A DNA stretch of 64,000 nucleotides, from the NCBI GenBank assembly GCA_013265495.1, contig MU058217.1:372001-436000 (forward strand), in the 5' to 3' direction. Source of the stretch: Vicugna vicugna (Eukaryota). Positions 35,834-49,450 of the stretch are shown here, one piece after another (the first letter of the stretch is position 1; each line of letters begins with the position of its first letter). Made by a program: the position numbers and the translations under genes. The notes below the pieces were generated by a model, which was not told where the DNA came from, did not search any database, and saw nothing but the letters and a program-made list of their open reading frames with translations.

Positions 35834-36303
35834 GTGTTAGGATGTTGAATAACTAAGTGGATCCAAACAACAGATCTGTCATCTCACATACTTCCTATGG
35901 GCTAAGAATCTGGCCATGGCTTAGCTGGGTATTCTGACTCACGGTCAAGATGTTGGCTGAAACTTTAGGTATCTGAAGGCTTAACTTGCTTCCAAGGTGA
36001 CTCACGTGCCTGGCAAATTGGTGCTGGCTGTTGGTGGGAGACCTCTGTCCCCTCAACTAGAGCTTCTTGGGTGTCCTCATGATATAGGAGCTGGCCTCCC
36101 CTAGAGGGGGTGACCCAAGACAGCAAGGTGGAAGCTGCGACTCGTTTTTTATGTCCTGGTCTCAAACATCACATGCTTTCATGTCCACAATACCTTAACG
36201 GTCACCCAGCTCAACTCTATTCAGCGTAAGAGGGAGTGACTCGAGGACCTGAAAACCAGGAGGCAAAGCTCATTGGGGGCCATGTTGGAGACTGGCTACC
36301 GTA
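35834..36303 (-). mobile_element. MLT1 (ERVL-MaLR) LTR remnant
   Basis: atctcaca...aatctggccatggcttagctgggt...tggcaaattggtgctggctgttgg. Confidence 0.65.
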
Positions 36304-36339
36304 ACTCACTTCTTCCTCGGGTCCCTTCACACGCTCTGT

Positions 36340-36690
36340 TTTCTGGACCATTCTCCCCTCATATCTCTGCCTAACTGGCTTTTCAAAATTCAGGTCTCAG
36401 CTCAAAAATTCCCTAAAAGAGAAGTCTTTCCCGACCACTCAAGTTTGCGTAGCCCTTCCAGTCACTATTGCAGTCCTCCATTTTGTACTCTTCAGGATAT
36501 AAATAACCAGAATTGTTATTTATTTGCCAACTTGGTTATTATCTGTCCCTCCCCGCCCCCACCTTCCCCAACCAGACCAGTGCCTTTATCTGGTCTTTTC
36601 ACTGCCAGATCCCCAGCACCCAAAACAAATGCCTGGCACATAGTAGGAGGTCAACAGTATTTGTTGAGTGAATGAGTGAACGAATGAATG
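36340..36690 (+). mobile_element. L2 3' end
   Basis: ttcaggtctcagctcaaa...gcctggcacatagtagga..tcaac..tatttgttgagtgaatga. Confidence 0.75.
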
Positions 36691-37871
36691 ACTTGAGTTT
36701 CTGTCACTTATGACTAAAAGAGTCTTGCCTTGTACAATGTCAGGCCATTTCTAAATTACGACAGGACCTCCTTTCTGTTCTCTTCCTGGAACTGTGGGCA
36801 CAAGAGTCACAACAAACATGAGGCCACCTTTAGATGGCATGTCTGTTCACAAAGCATCCGTGTTGGGGAAGTTTCGACAAAGGGATAATCTCTTGAGGTT
36901 GCAAACATTTTCTGGATGTGCTGCTTAACCACCAGAGGTCTGGAATCAAAGACGCCTCGTTAATGTTTGTTTCCGTTGTTTTCCCAGACTCCTGCATCCT
37001 ATGAGCCATGGCTTTCCCTGGGACGCGAGGGTCAGGGGGACTCAGGCTGTGTGTCTGATATGTTGGCGCTAAATCTGTGTGCAGGACCCAAGGACTTGAG
37101 TGTTTATGGGAAGAATCTCGTCAAATGCCAGGACTCGCAAAGAAAGGACACATTTCCAAATCGAGAGTGAAGCTCACAGCGCAGACTGACCCTTCCATCT
37201 CTCTCGACAACATTTCTCTCACCCTCAGCAGCTAGTGAGGAGGGTTTGGTCCCGGGAAAGGAGCTGAAATTGAAAAGGAATTATAAAATGTGGCTCTGGG
37301 GGACGATTTTTATGCTCCTCCTTACGGAAGCCAGAGAGCTCCACGCTGGCTGTCACATGTTGGGATTCTGCCCATGAGTGTGGAATTTTCCTTGTCTCAG
37401 GCACCTTTATTCCATGGTGATTGCTCCTGGATGGGGGTGCGGTGGTCCAGGTCACCATTCTCAGACACACCATCTCCTTGGAGGGTCCCAGCTGCCCTGC
37501 ACAGTTGGCAGCGCAGGTGTTATTTGCCTCTGGGCATATGATGCTAGAAGAGGAGGGTTTTCAGGGAGCCAGAACTCTCGCGCATGAGTTGGCTAAAATA
37601 GGATTCCACAACACAAGCATGTCTTTCTCTTCTTCAGGTTCTTGATTCATGGTTTGAGGAATGTCCTGGAGTCTGGTAGAGGTCTCCTACCAAAGCAAGT
37701 GTGAAGGGAGTGGTCCCATGAACGTATGGTTCTCACTTCACGTGTCACCAGCACGTGGCAGTCCCTCCAAAGGTCCCTCGACAGCAGGAAGCTGGTGAGA
37801 CTCTCCACGCAATCAGCCCTTGGGAGAGTGAAGGGCCCCCAAAGTAGCAAGGAAAGGACCGAATGGTCCCG

Positions 37872-38431
37872 TGTGGTAGCTGCTCTCCAGAGATGGCCCC
37901 AAGGATCCCTCCCCTCCCTGTAGGCATGTGCTGTTCCTCACATCGAGACGTGGACCTTATTCCCCTCTCCCTGAATCTGGGGCGACCTTGTGACTCCTTC
38001 TACCAGCACAACGTGGTGGAAGTGACATCTGGGACTTCCTGAGCCTCTGCCTTGAGAGGGTTAGAAGTGCCTGCTTCCTCTCTCTCATAACACTTGCTCC
38101 TGGGATGCCCTGAGAGTCCAGCTGTGGTGCAGGATAGATGGAGAGGCCCCATGGAGGACAGCTGAGGCGCTCTCATTAATAGCCTCAGCGGAGCTCCCAG
38201 CCAACAGCGCAGGTCAACGACTAGCCATGGGAAGGAGCCATCTTGGATGTTCCGGCCCAGTCAAGTGTTCAGATGTTTGCAGCCCCATTCAAAGATTACG
38301 TGCATCAAACGGATCACCTTGCTGAGTCCAGACACCCAGGCTCACAGCATCATGAAGGATAATGACATGGTTACTGCTTCAAGCCATGAAGTTTGGGGGT
38401 AGCTTGTGGCAGAGTAGTGGACAACCAAAAC
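37872..38431 (+). mobile_element. MLT1 (ERVL-MaLR) LTR remnant
   Basis: tgtggtag...gatggcccc...gagccatcttggatgt...aagccatgaagtttggggtagcttgt. Confidence 0.7.
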
Positions 38432-39949
38432 CTGCTCCCTCACCAGAGGAGTCTGATGGGCTAGGATTCATTCTCGGAAATCTGTCCTGCAAAGCTCTGC
38501 GTGAGTGCCCGATCTTCAGCTAGCCTTGGGTGTGGGAGGCCAGCTGATCCAGGAGTCACGTGACCGACCAAGCCCTCAGAGGGAAGAAGACCACCAGATT
38601 CACCAGGAAGAACAGCTGTAGCTTTGCGTTTCGTTGTTGTTTCTAACTTGGGATTACTTTTTAAAGAAGATTAAGGTCAAGCAACAGAGGAAACCCAAAT
38701 TACTAAGCCTTAGTCTTTGAAATCCCCCAGAGGACTGAAATAAATTAAACATGGTTTCAAAATGAAGAAAGTTACCCGCGGGTCCTCCGTCTCGGTTCAA
38801 AGCCACATCAGGTCAGCTCTACCAGAAGGAAAAAAGAGCCATGGTCCAGCTGCCCAGCCCATAACCCAGGCTCTGTCTCCTTGGCCTTTGGTGTGTGTGC
38901 AGAGGTCAGGCACGTCTTCTTCCCTCTGTCCACAGGATCTCAGTTCCTGACCCTGCCTGGTGACCGTGGCTTTCAGACCCTGATATAAGGAACTTGGTGT
39001 CTCCTGGTTCCGTCCCTCAGGGGCACCTGGGAGGCACCACTGCACAGTGGTTCCAACAAGGGATTAATCTCTGAATGCAAATCTCATCTCTTACTTACTT
39101 CCTCGCATTATTTGCAAATTCTCCTCTGAGCTTCACGTCCTTCATCTTTAAAACTGTAGAATAATTTCTCCCTTACAGCGGCAGGTGTGAGGATTCAATG
39201 CGATTTATTTTGACCCAAATAAAGCCACTCCAGCCAGCCTCAGCCTCTCAAGACTTCGAAGTTTAGGCCCCAGACCCGTGAGCGGGGAGTGATCTAGGAG
39301 GTCCAGCCCCAGTAGACATCACATGGAGCCCAGGTGAGACAGCCCTACTGGTCCCACCTGGATTCCTGACCCCCAGAATCGTGAGAAATAATTAAAGAGT
39401 ATTGTCATTTTAATCTGCTAAGTAATGGATAACAACTGAGGCAGTGGATAACCAAAACACCTAGGTACCTGAACTAGGAGGTAAGCTGGCCTCCTGGTTC
39501 TAGTTTCAGCCCCGACACATCTGTCAAGTTTCAAGAGCCTCTTGGCCTCTGCTCACTGGTTCCTACCCAAGTTGTGTTGTGTTCTGAGAACGTAAAGCAT
39601 AGACAACGTTCATTCTGCCCAAGCTCTGCAGAGAACCCGGCAAAAAATAGGCACTTAATAAAAGGCTTCATGTTGACACTCACAGTTAATATGATCGTGA
39701 GTCACACAAACTCTTGGAGGGCAGGAAACAAACCACTTTTCCTTTCTTAGTCATTGAGTCATGCTGGCAGGATTAAAGCGACACTTCCATCATCGACACA
39801 CCCTTCAATGCCAGAGGCCCTCACTGATAAATCCTGCTGATGCGAGAATCTGTTCCTATCCGTGGGCTCTCCCAGTGCTGAATCTGTTTAGGTCGAGGGC
39901 ATTTTGTTTTCTCCAAAATCAAGGCATCCTTGTTCAGATGTCTACTTAC

Positions 39950-40088
39950 GTGGAAGGAGCTCAGAGTCAACTGAATGAAGAGTCGGATAAGTTTGGAGAA
40001 TCCTTCCACTTGATCGTCAGTGATGAAAGAGAAGAGAATCTCGTGAACACCCAGTAAGGGAATGAGGACCAGCGTTGACTTGGCCAGT
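39950..40088 (-). CDS. GLP2R: GLP2R coding exon (TM6-ECL3-TM7)
   Basis: (R)LAKSTLVLIPLLGVHEILFSFITDDQVEGFSKLIRLFIQLTLSSFH|GTaagt; PxxG motif; 139 nt. Confidence 0.96.
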
Positions 40089-41995
40089 CTGCAAACAACA
40101 ACCCAACAGCTGTCAGGAGGGCACACGGGGAACAGGCAACATTTCCTTCTCTCCTGTGCGTCCTTTACTGTAGTCCTTATCCTACTGACAAATAGCTGAT
40201 TTTCCCACTTGTCTCCTCGTCTCATGGAATGCCTCAAGGACCAGTGTGGTCTTGGTCATTGAAGCATCCCTACACCTGCCTCATGGAAGATGCTCAGAAC
40301 ACATGAATTGAATGAATGAATGAATGAATGAATCCCCCCACGTAGATTATGATATACCTACAGATCCTAACGTTTTGCTTGATGGGTAGATTTCCATGCC
40401 CATGGCTGTCACCCTGGGACACCACGCCCCTTCCAGGTTTGACACGTTTCCGATCACCTGGCTAGCCAGCGCGCCTCCACCTCTTTCTCTTTCCAGACTT
40501 CCTGTGTCAGGGCTCTACTGAGCCTGAGAAGGGAAAGAAAGTGACTTGCCCAGGGTCACACCCCTACTAACTGGTACATCCCAGCCTGGAAGCTGGGCTT
40601 CAGACCTCACACTCAAGCCTTGCACCCTCCAAGCAAGACTTCACCATCTGCCCGCAGGCTGCCCCTCAGCCCTGGTGACAGCGAAGGCAGCAGGAAATGA
40701 GACACTGATCCTTCCCCATAAAAAGCACTGTGTGGAAGGTCACTGTTGTATACACTCTACACGAAAAAGACAAACATTCCTCGGTACCACCCACGTGCAA
40801 ACTGCACAGCTGGGGCCCAAACATTCCGCACCGCATGCCCGTGGTTCCCAAACAGGCTACCAGAATTCCTTACGGAGATTTTTAAATATATATATTTTTT
40901 ATTGGTTGGATATATATACATCCTGGGAACGGGGATTTTGAAAGACCTCCCCACTGGCCACGGTGTCAGCAGCCACATTTGGGAACAACTGCTCTCTACC
41001 ATTGAGCTGCTTCTCAATTTAAAACTAACTCCATTAGCAAAGGTGACTCACATTCAGGGCATAAACAAAGCTACTGTCTGATACACATTGGGGAAAAAAG
41101 AGTTTAAATGTAATGATTTTTTCTTTTTTAGCCCAAGTCACTTGCCTTAAAGGGCCCGAGTAGGAGAAGGCCCCTCCCCATTGAATACAAACCCCCTGGA
41201 ATCAAAGATGCGGACACAGAGGGGGTCATTAGCCCCTCCTGGGCGGTAACTCCAGGAAGGTTTAACTCTATCCGAGAGGAAGCGCTGACCACAAATCCTG
41301 TGTCTGTCAGAGTCATTTCAATGCAATGTTGTCAATGAAACAGAAAGCCTCACCTTTGTGTCCTAAAAGGACCTCAAGCCAGTAAGAGTTGAGCAGGAGT
41401 CACCAAGGAACAGGGACTCTACCTGAGCACGTGGGCTGAGTGTCCCGGGGCCTTGGTGGTCAAGGGGAGGCCGAGGAGGGGGGAGTCTGAGGCACGGGCC
41501 CCGGTTACGTGGTCCTCCTGGGCCGACCTCATAGCCGCTTCCACGCCCAGGGCCACCTAACTGCGCTCCCGAGGAGAGACTATTCAAGGGTTTGGGGTTT
41601 TGTTTAATTTCCAGGAGTGTTTTAAAACCCTCTAGCTCAACGGTTGCAAAGTGGCAACCATGGGCTATTCGGCCTGCAGACACTTTCTGCTTACGCTAGG
41701 CAGTGATTTTTGTCATTGGCACCATCTTGGAAAACAAGGAGTTTTCAAGCAAAGGTGTCCACATTTCCAGCCTCTTTGGAACAGGGAGATCTGGCTACTC
41801 TGGGCCCCAGTTGCTGCTTGGCAATCGTCGGCTACAGGCTTTAGAGGGGCCACGTGCTCTCCAACCCTGACCAGCCTGCTGGTCTTTGCAAGTGTGTGAG
41901 TCTGCGACCCTTGCTCTGGGCCACCTGGACACGCACTTACATACTTACATGCAGACCCATGTCTTATCAACTTAGTCTTGGGGCCAGGCTATGAC

Positions 41996-42088
41996 TTTGT
42001 TTTTTTTTAATGGAGGCGCTGGGGATTGAACCCAGGACCTTGTGCATGCTAAGCATGTGCTCTACCACTTGAGCTATACCTTGCCCCC
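41996..42088 (-). mobile_element. tRNA-derived SINE
   Basis: ctggggattgaacccaggaccttgtgcatgctaagcatgtgctctaccacttgagctatacc. Confidence 0.88.
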
Positions 42089-42099
42089 TGACATTATGT

Positions 42100-42365
42100 T
42101 TTTTAAATAAACTTGTTATTTTAGAATAATTTTAGATCTGTAAGAAACTAGCAAAGACAGCATAGAGTGTGCCCACATCCCCTTCACTGCGTTTCCCCTA
42201 ATGTTGAAATATTACACGGCCACCGAACCTTTGTCAAAACTAAGAAAGCAATGTTGGCATGTGACCAATACCGATACTCAGACTTTATCTAGATTTCAAC
42301 CAGTTTTCCCACTAAGGTCCTTTCCACGTGCCAGGATCCAATCCAAGATCCCACATTTAGTGTGG
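42100..42365 (-). mobile_element. Old L1MC-like 3' end
   Basis: ttattttagaataattttagat...gcaaagacagcatagag...cagactttat...caggatccaatccaagatcccacatt. Confidence 0.6.
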
Positions 42366-43250
42366 GATGATTTTTAAAGAATAACCATATTTTGCCCAAT
42401 ATTAATTATATTTAATATTAATCATATTATTTTTATTGCTAATATTTACAAATAAAATCAGCAAAATATTTGAAATTTAATATCCAGTGTTAAGGAATTT
42501 TTTTGAAGAAATGTAAATTATATAAACTTTCTGGAAGGTAATTTGGAACTAAACACCAAAATCTTTTAAAATATTGACATCCTTTGACCCAGAAATCCAA
42601 ATTCTTGCAGCTTATTTTATGAAAAGAAGGAATAACCATCTTTTTATGAAGTTCTGGGCCATTTTCATAACTGCCGCCTTGCTGGGTGGATGTCAGAAGG
42701 GACTTCCCACCCCTCATCTCATTCTCAGCTGTCCTTAGGCAAAGTACTATGTGTGTCGCTGTCCACATGAAAATCCCTAAATATCTATAGCAGCTTCCTC
42801 TTAGGGACTGTGTTTACGCCTGTTTTTCATCTATAGTCATTTGTTTATTTAAATGGTTTAGTTTATTGCAGTCGTTTAGCTATTCAACAAATATTTATCG
42901 AGCATCTCTCTGGGCATATGAGCAAGTAAGTGAGAGAGGAGGGGCTGCGGTCTAAGGCAGCAGGACGTGGGGACAGTACCTGTGTCCTGGGCTCAAACCC
43001 CAGCGCCACCAGTTACTAGCGATGTGGCCTTGGGCAAATCATCTCACCTCTCTATCTGTGAAAGTGAGGATTGTACTACTAATAATAGAATGTGAAATGT
43101 TAAAATAATAAAAGTATTATTAATGGTAATTCCTGACAGTGCCACTGTCAGGACTAAAAAACATGTCATTGTAAGAACTAAATAACCTTAGAATAAATGG
43201 TACCTGATACAGGATGCATGATCAATAAAATTTAGCTATCACTATTTTTA

Positions 43251-43380
43251 TTTTAAATAATTTTACAGTTCTTTTTTAAAATTAAAAAAAAAAACTTTTT
43301 TACTGGAGGTACAGGGGATGGAACCCAGGACCTCCTGCACGCTAAGCATACTGTCTACCCCTGAGCCACACCCACCTCCC
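43251..43380 (-). mobile_element. tRNA-derived SINE with AT-rich tail
   Basis: gaacccaggacctcctgcacgctaagcat; flanked by AGCTATCACT(A/G)TTTTTA repeats. Confidence 0.82.
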
Positions 43381-44299
43381 AGCTATCACTGTTTTTACAG
43401 AAGACATCCCTGCCCTCAAGTTGCACACAACCTCAATGACTTGGATCAATTTTACTTCCATCTGTGACATTTTTCATCTTCAGCTGCCTACCAGAACGTC
43501 CTTTCAGAAAGGAGTCTGGGGTTTAGCATGTTAAGAAATGATTCTCCTTCATATGTTTGTTAAGAGTTCTGCCCCACGGGTCACATGGAAAGCTAAGATC
43601 ATTTATCTAGGAGGAGACAGCCATTCTGTGCTGGGAACCACAAAGAGCAGAGAAGCTGAGGGCCCAGTGGTGTCTGTCCACAGTCCAAGGGCATTGCTCT
43701 CCCTCCAGGCTTGGCTCAGTGGTCCCTCTCCGGACCAGGCAGCTGGGCTGCTTACAGTTTCTCCCCTTGAAAGGTAGAAGCCTGGGGACAAGGGCCAGGA
43801 CTCCAGAAGGTTCTCCAGCTCCTAGCAACTTGCCTCTCTGGCAAGTGCGTTCAATTTAAACTTTCCTGAAATGTATTCCTGGAGAGGGGCCAAATCTTGA
43901 AAACTACATTCTGAAAGTTCTCAAAATCTAGGAGTTGGAGACAGGCCTGCTCCTACCAGAGTTTGGACAAAATGGGCTGCCATTTTGCCCACTGCCCCTT
44001 CCTCCTCACCCTAGCAGGGGGCCCTAATGGAAAATGTACATGGAGGGGGCTGTGGAAGAGGAGAACTTTCTAACGTAAAGGAGGGCAGTGTGAGCTGCGG
44101 GTGCTCATGACGCACTGGGGTAATAGAAAGCAGCCCTCCCAGAACTTGGAAATGAGGGAGTTAGCACAGCCTAGACGGAAAAATGGGCAAATGGGCTTAT
44201 CAAAGCTAGCCCAGGGAGTAAAATAAGGCGGCCTGGGGGCATCCTAAGAGACAGAGCCCTCGCTTTTAAATTAATAAGCATAAGCTTAGTGATTCAGAT

Positions 44300-44405
44300 A
44301 TATATTCTTTTTCTTGTCTGATTGCTACGGCTAGGATTTCCAATACTATGCTGAATACTAGTGGTGAGAGTGGGCGTCCTTGTCTTGTTCCAGATTTTAG
44401 TGGAG
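44300..44405 (-). mobile_element. L1 ORF2 reverse-transcriptase fragment
   Basis: Translates [33 protein letters not shown] (L1 RT GxRQGxPLSP motif). Confidence 0.85.
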
Positions 44406-46947
44406 AATCAATTGTATTGCACTCTGCATGGAGACAGAATGAATAAACAGAAAACAGATGGGCAACCAAAATGGCAGGAAAAGTCACAAAGAAGCAGGAA
44501 GTTCTCAGGACTTACCCAGCCCTATGGGTGGAGACTCTGGGGGATGACCCCTCCCTCTCACCAGCCAGGGGCGCCACAGGGGAGTGGTGGTTTCTCAGGC
44601 CACCACAGTGACCCTTCAACACCAACCACCCTACTTAGATGACATGATCACCAAGCAGCATTCTGCGGACTGCTTTGGATTTCTGGATTTTTCGATGTCA
44701 ACTTTATGAGGAGTGCAGGCACTAGAAGGACCCCTGCCGCTGCCCTACCCCCATCTTTCACAGACTCTAAGAATGAATAATCGTATAGTCTGGTCTGTGT
44801 ATTAGTCTCTTGTGACTTCAGCTGGTATTTGTCAGCCCTCCAAAGTCTCAGCCACTCAGGGACACTGAGAGGTCACCAGGACAGTCCCCGGCTAAGGGCA
44901 GACTCGTCCAGGTGAGGTGTCTCACACTGGGAGGCCTCCAGGTTGGTAGGTACCCAGGTTCCTCTTTTTGAGCTTTTTCCTTGAATGAGGAAATGACAGG
45001 GGAAAGGAAAATGGAGCCACCCGGTCCTTAGACTGTGGATGTCAGGCAGGGTCACTCTTTCTCTCCCCAGGACAGCTGGCCTGAGTCACTGCTCAGTCAT
45101 GAAGATCTCCCCAGCATCCTAATTTACACTTGCCTAGATAATTGGCTCCCAATCAGGTGTGCGCACTTCAGGGCTCTGCCAGGAAATCCATTTGGTATTG
45201 GAAGAATATATAAGAGAAGATAATAGAAGTTCTATGTAAGTTAATTTTTATCTATTCTTTGTAGTTGTCTTTATGTCGGAATTTAAAACGTATGTACTCA
45301 TTCAGTAGACCACGTGTGTATGTGATGAGGTGACATCATTCTTTACTGACAGCCATGTGTGATTAGAAAAGCCTGGAGCCACTGTCCTGGATAACTTTAG
45401 AGAAAAGCCAGGAAAGCCAGGAAAAGAGGATGTCAAGGCTGCTTAGAAACACATTTGCCATGGGCCAACCAGAAAATTCCATGCATTATTTCACTAGAGC
45501 ATCTGGTCCTGCGGCCCCCGACTCTGGCTGTGTATCAGAATCTTCCGGGGATTCTCCTATAAGAAGGTCACGTGGTGGGGTTCCATCCCTCATGTACTGA
45601 GTCAAGTACCCTGTGGGGGGCTCACAAGTTGGGGCTTCTGGCCAGCTGTCAGGTGACGCTTAAAGCAGCAAGGACGGAAAGCTACTATAGGGGCCGCTGT
45701 GGGTCTGCAGCTCGGGGACAGCTCCAGTGCTCCATGGTGGGCTTTGGGGGCACAAGATGGTGGGGTTTAGGCTCTCAGTCTGAGTGGAAAGTGGTGCCTT
45801 GGCATTCGTCTGCCCTGTTTCTGTCTCCTGCTGTCTTCTGTTGGGTTTTGGTGATGCCTGGGGGTCCCCTGCCCCTGGTTAGGGAGAGGGCTGCCCTGCC
45901 TGAATGGGCCACGCAGCAGACAAGAGAAGCCCTGCTCCTGGCCTTGGACCTCCACCCTCAGAGAGTAGTGAGAGGCTGAGCCTTGGGAAAAGGGCCAAAG
46001 AGGCTGTCAGCCACTTGGAGACTCGGCCAGAGGCGCCAAGAAAGTCGGCGTGGCTCTGTGTGGTCCAGGCCAGCCCAAGTGCCCCAGGGCTGAGGGGTTT
46101 TGTAAGATATTTGAGCCAACTATGGTATATACTTGCCTGGCCCTCAGCTGTGTGTGTTTACCCTTCTGGAATTCCTGGGGGGAGAGTTTTAGGAAGACAA
46201 GATGTGGGGTCTGGAAACCCTGGGTAAATACCAAGCACCACACCTGATCACAGCGAGCCACGTGTGCCTATGACCTCCTTTGATCCTCACAGCCAGCAGG
46301 GGAGGGGCCTGGTGTGACACTCCCACGTTACACACCAGAAGGCGGGCCCAGGGAGGCCAAGCAACTTGCCCTGGGTCAGTCTGGGGCCATGGCCTCCGGC
46401 CTCACATTCCAGACCAACATCCAGGCCCTTGGTGAGTTAGAATGTATGCTCCTCACAGACGGGATCCCCATCCTATCTACCTTTTGCTCAAAGCGCTGTG
46501 CCGAGCACACTGCAGGCATTCATTAAACGTTTGTCAGGTGAATGAAAAAACTACCTTCCCGTCTCACCTGACTCCGACCCTCCTCTGGCCTCAGAGAGGA
46601 AGAAACAGAGCGACAGCCATCCTCACCCACCCCTCCACCTCTGGCCTGGCACATGGACTGAAATCTCCCTTTGGAGCTAAACTTTGGGTTAAAACATTCT
46701 GTCCCCAAGAAGTGCACACATTCTACAGAAAGTAAAGAGTAACGGGAGAAGGTGGGAGGGAGTCCTTTATCTTCCATTCTTTCATTCATTTTTCTTTACA
46801 GCAATTCAGAGCTCAAGAAATACCTACGATCTGACTTACCGTGAGATGGGACGGCGGTCACCATGGAAACAGAAGGCGGGACCCAGCAAATGCAAGTACA
46901 AAGAAAGGGTGACTGTGTAAAGGATGTTCTGACCTCTGGCTACTCAC

Positions 46948-47036
46948 CTGTATTTATAATCCCTGAAGCACATTTGATGAGCTTTGAGCTTAGAAATGAG
47001 AAGCTTGAGAATTTTCAGGAAGATGAAGAAATTGAC
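46948..47036 (-). CDS. GLP2R: GLP2R coding exon (TM5-ICL3); absent from the ORF track
   Basis: ccAG|gtc aat ttc...tac ag|GTgagt; VNFFIFLKILKLLISKLKAHQMCFRDYKY(R); 89 nt. Confidence 0.95.
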
Positions 47037-47746
47037 CTGGAAAAAAACCGAACAAACAGATACGGGTAAGCGATGGACTCCATGTGGCTATGCACATTAA
47101 GGTCGCCCCAGACCAGGCCATCAGATCCTTGTCCATGTAAACAGGGGCAAAGCAGCACTCAGCCGGTCAGGTGGTTAAGTGTTCACCGTAATCCCCACTC
47201 TCCCTAATACCATCTCCACTGAGAGTCTGGAAAGGATCCTGAAAAGTCACTTAGTTTATTCTTCTGCCTCAGGGAGACCCACCACCACAGCCATCTGAGG
47301 AAGGCAGCTGGACATTTGCATGATTATTTTTAACTGACATTTATTAAGTACTCACCATGCCAGGCATCGGGCTAACTTTCCATACATTATTTTATTTCGT
47401 CCTCACAACATCCTCTGAGGAAGCCACACTATTTTTATGCCATGATACAGTAAGAAAACAGAGGCACAGAGGAGGCACGTACCATTCCCAAGGTGGCACA
47501 GCTAGGAAGGGACGAGCTGGTAGTTAAGTCCAGATTTACCTGATTATCACCCTCCCTTTACTCAAGCCAAAGGCCACACTGCCTCCCGCTGCAAAGGACT
47601 CCAGGCCTATTGGTGTCAAATTTGACATCCTCTTGCTGCCACGGAATTCACTGGAAAGCACATTTTCTCCACTCCCCAGACAATTTTCCACAACTGTCAT
47701 AGCCTCGGAAAATTGGACCCTTCATTGTCAGCCTTGGGAGACATTT

Positions 47747-48060
47747 AAAAATATGTCTGCAATGTTGTGTTAGTTTCTGGTGTACAGCATAGTCATTCAG
47801 CTATTTTATATATATATATACACACACACACACACATCCTTTTTCATTATAGATTATTGTAAGATATTAAATACAGTTCCCTGTGCTATACAGTAGGTCC
47901 TTGTTGTTTATTTATTTCTCTATATAATAGTTTATATCTGATAATTCCCAAATCAACTATCCTTCAATAAAAAATCACATTGAACACCTTAAACTTAAGT
48001 GCGTTACAAGTCAATAATACCTAAATAAAGCTGGAAAAATTTTTAAAAATTTGTCTGCAA
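47747..48060 (+). mobile_element. 5'-inverted, truncated L1 insertion with extra 3' sequence, bounded by a 16-bp TSD
   Basis: TSD AAAAAT(A/T)TGTCTGCAA at 47747-47762 and 48045-48060; see findings. Confidence 0.75.
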
Positions 48061-48440
48061 GTTCTTCAACACTGCTCCCTTCAAAAGGCAGAGCCGAATT
48101 TCCCTTTTCTCTCTGGAACGTGAGCTGGGTTTAGCTATTTGCATCTAATGAAAAGAATATGGCAGAAGTGATGCTATGCGATTTCCGAGGCCAGGTCCTC
48201 CAAAGGATGGCTTGCACCTGGTGTCCTCTCTCTCAGCGTTCACTCTGGGGGAAGCCAGCCGCCACGTTGTGAGGACACTCAAGCGGAAGCCCACATTGGG
48301 GGGTCGCGCCCTCCTACAGCCAGCACCTCTTACCAGCCACACATGTAGCCCCCTTGGAAGCTGACCCTCCAGCCCAGCCAAGCCTTCACAGGGCTGCAGC
48401 CCGGGTCACCCTCTTGACAGCAATCCTATGAGAGACTGCG
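48061..48440 (+). mobile_element. MLT1 LTR remnant
   Basis: agaatatggcagaagtgatg...ggggaagccagccgccacgttgtgaggacactcaagc. Confidence 0.7.
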
Positions 48441-48489
48441 AACCTCCCGAGAAGGCAGAGCAAGTGGTCCAAGCGTGGGTAGGGCTTGC

Positions 48490-49450
48490 AGAATGAGAAC
48501 CAGGTTTGTGAGACATGAGATGGAAGAGAGAGGGAGGGAGGGCCAGTTCCTACAGAGCCTTTCACAGTCACCCTAAGGAGTTTGGGTTTTCTTCTGAAAA
48601 ACAGTGGGGAGGCAGTGATGAATTTTAAAGGGACAAGTGACCTGACCAGATTTGCATTTCTGCATCTCATTAGTAGCAGGCTGGGAAGAGACCGGATGAA
48701 AGCAAGATTGGATGCAGGAAGGGAGATGAGCTAGGTGGCAGTTGCTGAGTTCCCAGGGAGGATGAGGGCGAGGGGAAGAAGAGCAGTAGCGCTGGTGGCT
48801 CAGTGACGAAGCAGAAGAGATGGATCAGACAGTATTAAGGAGTCTGCACCAGATGACCTTTGCTACCGGCCGGGTGTGAGGTCAAAGCTGACTCCAAAGT
48901 TTCCTGTAGATCTCAACGTGTGCTAGTGCCCCTCACCAAGAGAGCGGCCACTGGAGGAGGAAGCGCACTCGGGCCAGGGGGAATCTAGTCGTTTCGGACA
49001 CAAGCGCTATCTCAAGGCAGTGAGACATTCATGTCTAGACCTCAGCAGGGAGGTCCCAGACAGAGCATGGAGCCAGTGAAGCAGGTGAGGTGTCCAGGGA
49101 GGCTACGCAGACTGGGAGAAAAAGAGGGTTAAGAGAATCACCTTGTAATGAAGGGGAAGGTGGAGGAAAGGAGACAGCAGAGGAGATGGAGAAAGGGTAG
49201 CCAACCGGAATGAACCACAAGGAAGCGGTTTCCAGGGAAGCTCAGGATGGGAAGAATTTCAAGAAGGTTTCAACGCTACAAGGAATTCAAGCAAACTAAG
49301 ACTGCACTTAGCAACAAGGAGCTCACTAAGAGAGGCTGCAGTCCACAGGCAGAAGCGCAAGCCAGGTCTCAATGCTGTTTTGTGAAGATGGAAGGCAGCA
49401 AGTGTAGACCACATTGAAGAGGCTTGGCTTCAATAGGAAGCAGACCGATA
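48490..49450 (-). mobile_element. L2 LINE remnant
   Basis: taaggagtttgggtttt...ggggaggcagtgatgaattttaa...gacctgaccagatttgcattt. Confidence 0.6.
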
